From the IMG/VR virus record IMGVR_UViG_3300020388_000692, positions 1-54,915 of that record: a stretch of DNA of 54,915 nucleotides. One strand, given 5' to 3'. Shown piece by piece: positions 53,838 through 54,915 of this stretch. Positions within the stretch are counted from its first letter, which is position 1; each line of letters starts with the position of its first letter. The position numbers and the translations under genes were made by a program. This DNA comes from a virus. Lineage: Duplodnaviria > Caudoviricetes. Below the pieces are notes generated by a model, which ran no database searches, was not told the DNA's origin, and saw only the letters and a list, made by a program, of their open reading frames with translations.

Positions 53838-54907
53838 ACCAATTCTACGTTCTTTGTTACTTGTCTTACCTTCATCTGTGACTCAATCCAATGATAAGTC
53901 TTAAAGATACCTTCTTCAAGAGTCTGTGAATAGTCCCATCCAAGTTCTCTACGGACTACATCGTTGTTAGAGTTGCGACCACGAACACCAAGAGGACCAT
54001 CAATGTGCTTGACTGTTACCGTCTTACCGGATACCTTCGCAGCAGTGTCTACCAGTTGATTGATAGTGACCATCTCTTCAGAACCAATGTTGACTGGTCC
54101 AATGAAGTCAGACTGCATCAGTCGGTATGATGCTTCGATGCACTCATCAATATACAGGAAGGAGCGGGTCTGCAAACCGTCACCCCATACTTCAATCTCC
54201 CCACCCTCATCGGGTAGATAAGCAACCTTTCTACAGATTGCTGCTGGTGCTTTCTCTCTTCCACCTTCCCAGGTGCCTTCCGGTCCAAAAATATTATGAT
54301 AACGGGTAACCCTAACAGGAATACCGTAATTGCGGTGGTAAGCAAAGTAAAGACGCTCTGAGAAAAGCTTCTCCCATCCATATTCACTATCTGGGTTTGC
54401 GGGATACGCTGATTCTTCACGGCAGTCTGGGTTATCGGGATCTAATTGGTTGTGCTCTGGATACATGCAGGCAGAACCAGAATAGAAAATTCTAGTATTG
54501 TTCTTACCCTTCTCTTCGTTCATCTTGCGCTGACACTCCAGCACATTCAGATTGATAGACACTGAGTTGTGCATGATGTCTGCATCGTTCTCACCAGTGA
54601 AAACAAAACCTGCACCACCCATATCAGCAGCAAACTGATAAATCTCATCAAAGGGTTGAATATAACGATGTGGTACTGAGTGATAGAAGTTACCACGGTC
54701 TCCCTTGTATTCTAGGACACGACGGACAAAATCAACATCACGAAGATCACCCTGAACGAATTCATTTGCTTCAGTTTCAGTGAACTCAGGACGCTTAAGG
54801 TCTACACCACGAACCCAGTATCCTTCTGCTCTGAGTCTCTTGACCATATGACTTCCAATGAAACCACCAGCACCCAACACGAGTGCTTTTTTGACATACT
54901 GTGCCAT
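53834..54907 (-). CDS. GDP-mannose 3,5-epimerase-like SDR
   Basis: GAGGFIGSH, QFAADMGGAGF, SACMYP, YGWEK, HNIFGPEGTW.GGREKAPAAICRK, GPLGVRGRNSNN. Confidence 0.88.
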   Translation of the reverse strand: MAQYVKKALVLGAGGFIGSHMVKRLRAEGYWVRGVDLKRPEFTETEANEFVQGDLRDVDFVRRVLEYKGDRGNFYHSVPHRYIQPFDEIYQFAADMGGAGFVFTGENDADIMHNSVSINLNVLECQRKMNEEKGKNNTRIFYSGSACMYPEHNQLDPDNPDCREESAYPANPDSEYGWEKLFSERLYFAYHRNYGIPVRVTRYHNIFGPEGTWEGGREKAPAAICRKVAYLPDEGGEIEVWGDGLQTRSFLYIDECIEASYRLMQSDFIGPVNIGSEEMVTINQLVDTAAKVSGKTVTVKHIDGPLGVRGRNSNNDVVRRELGWDYSQTLEEGIFKTYHWIESQMKVRQVTKNVELV

Positions 54908-54915
54908 AATATTTT

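Noticed and set aside
1-54915. tRNA, rRNA, CRISPR arrays, IS elements or integrases
   Set aside because: None recognised by eye in the intergenic gaps; tRNAscan-SE and a repeat finder would be needed to exclude them formally.

Overview
A segment of a large T4-like marine cyanophage (myovirus of Synechococcus/Prochlorococcus), almost all on the minus strand. Left to right: (1) a baseplate/tail module (gp5 and apparent spike partners, hub protein, M23-peptidase and lysozyme-domain proteins, gp51, gp26, gp54, gp4, gp2, gp48, gp53) with cp12 embedded; (2) replication/transcription genes gp32, gp59, gp33, an exonuclease, phoH and thyX; (3) a short regulatory island; (4) glutaredoxin, talC, purM/purC/purS; (5) a photosynthesis block with psbN, doxX, psbD, psbA (PhotoRC-II-like leader) and two hli; (6) about 8 kb of secreted/membrane proteins with petF, petE, a nuclease, two HExxH proteases, a cell-wall hydrolase and a small beta-barrel; (7) a 14 kb nucleotide-sugar/glycosyltransferase island. 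The most striking signal is at 21748-22214. A sigma70 promoter drives a double glutamine-riboswitch-like (glnA-type) RNA. Its two aptamer cores appear to share one P3 helix, a whole 53-codon ORF is looped out of the second core's P2 stem, and an SD-masking stem precedes a DUF4278/IF17-like YRG-repeat gene. All calls come from reading the sequence and recalled family motifs; no database searches were run. Several small ORFs under 60 aa were translated by hand.
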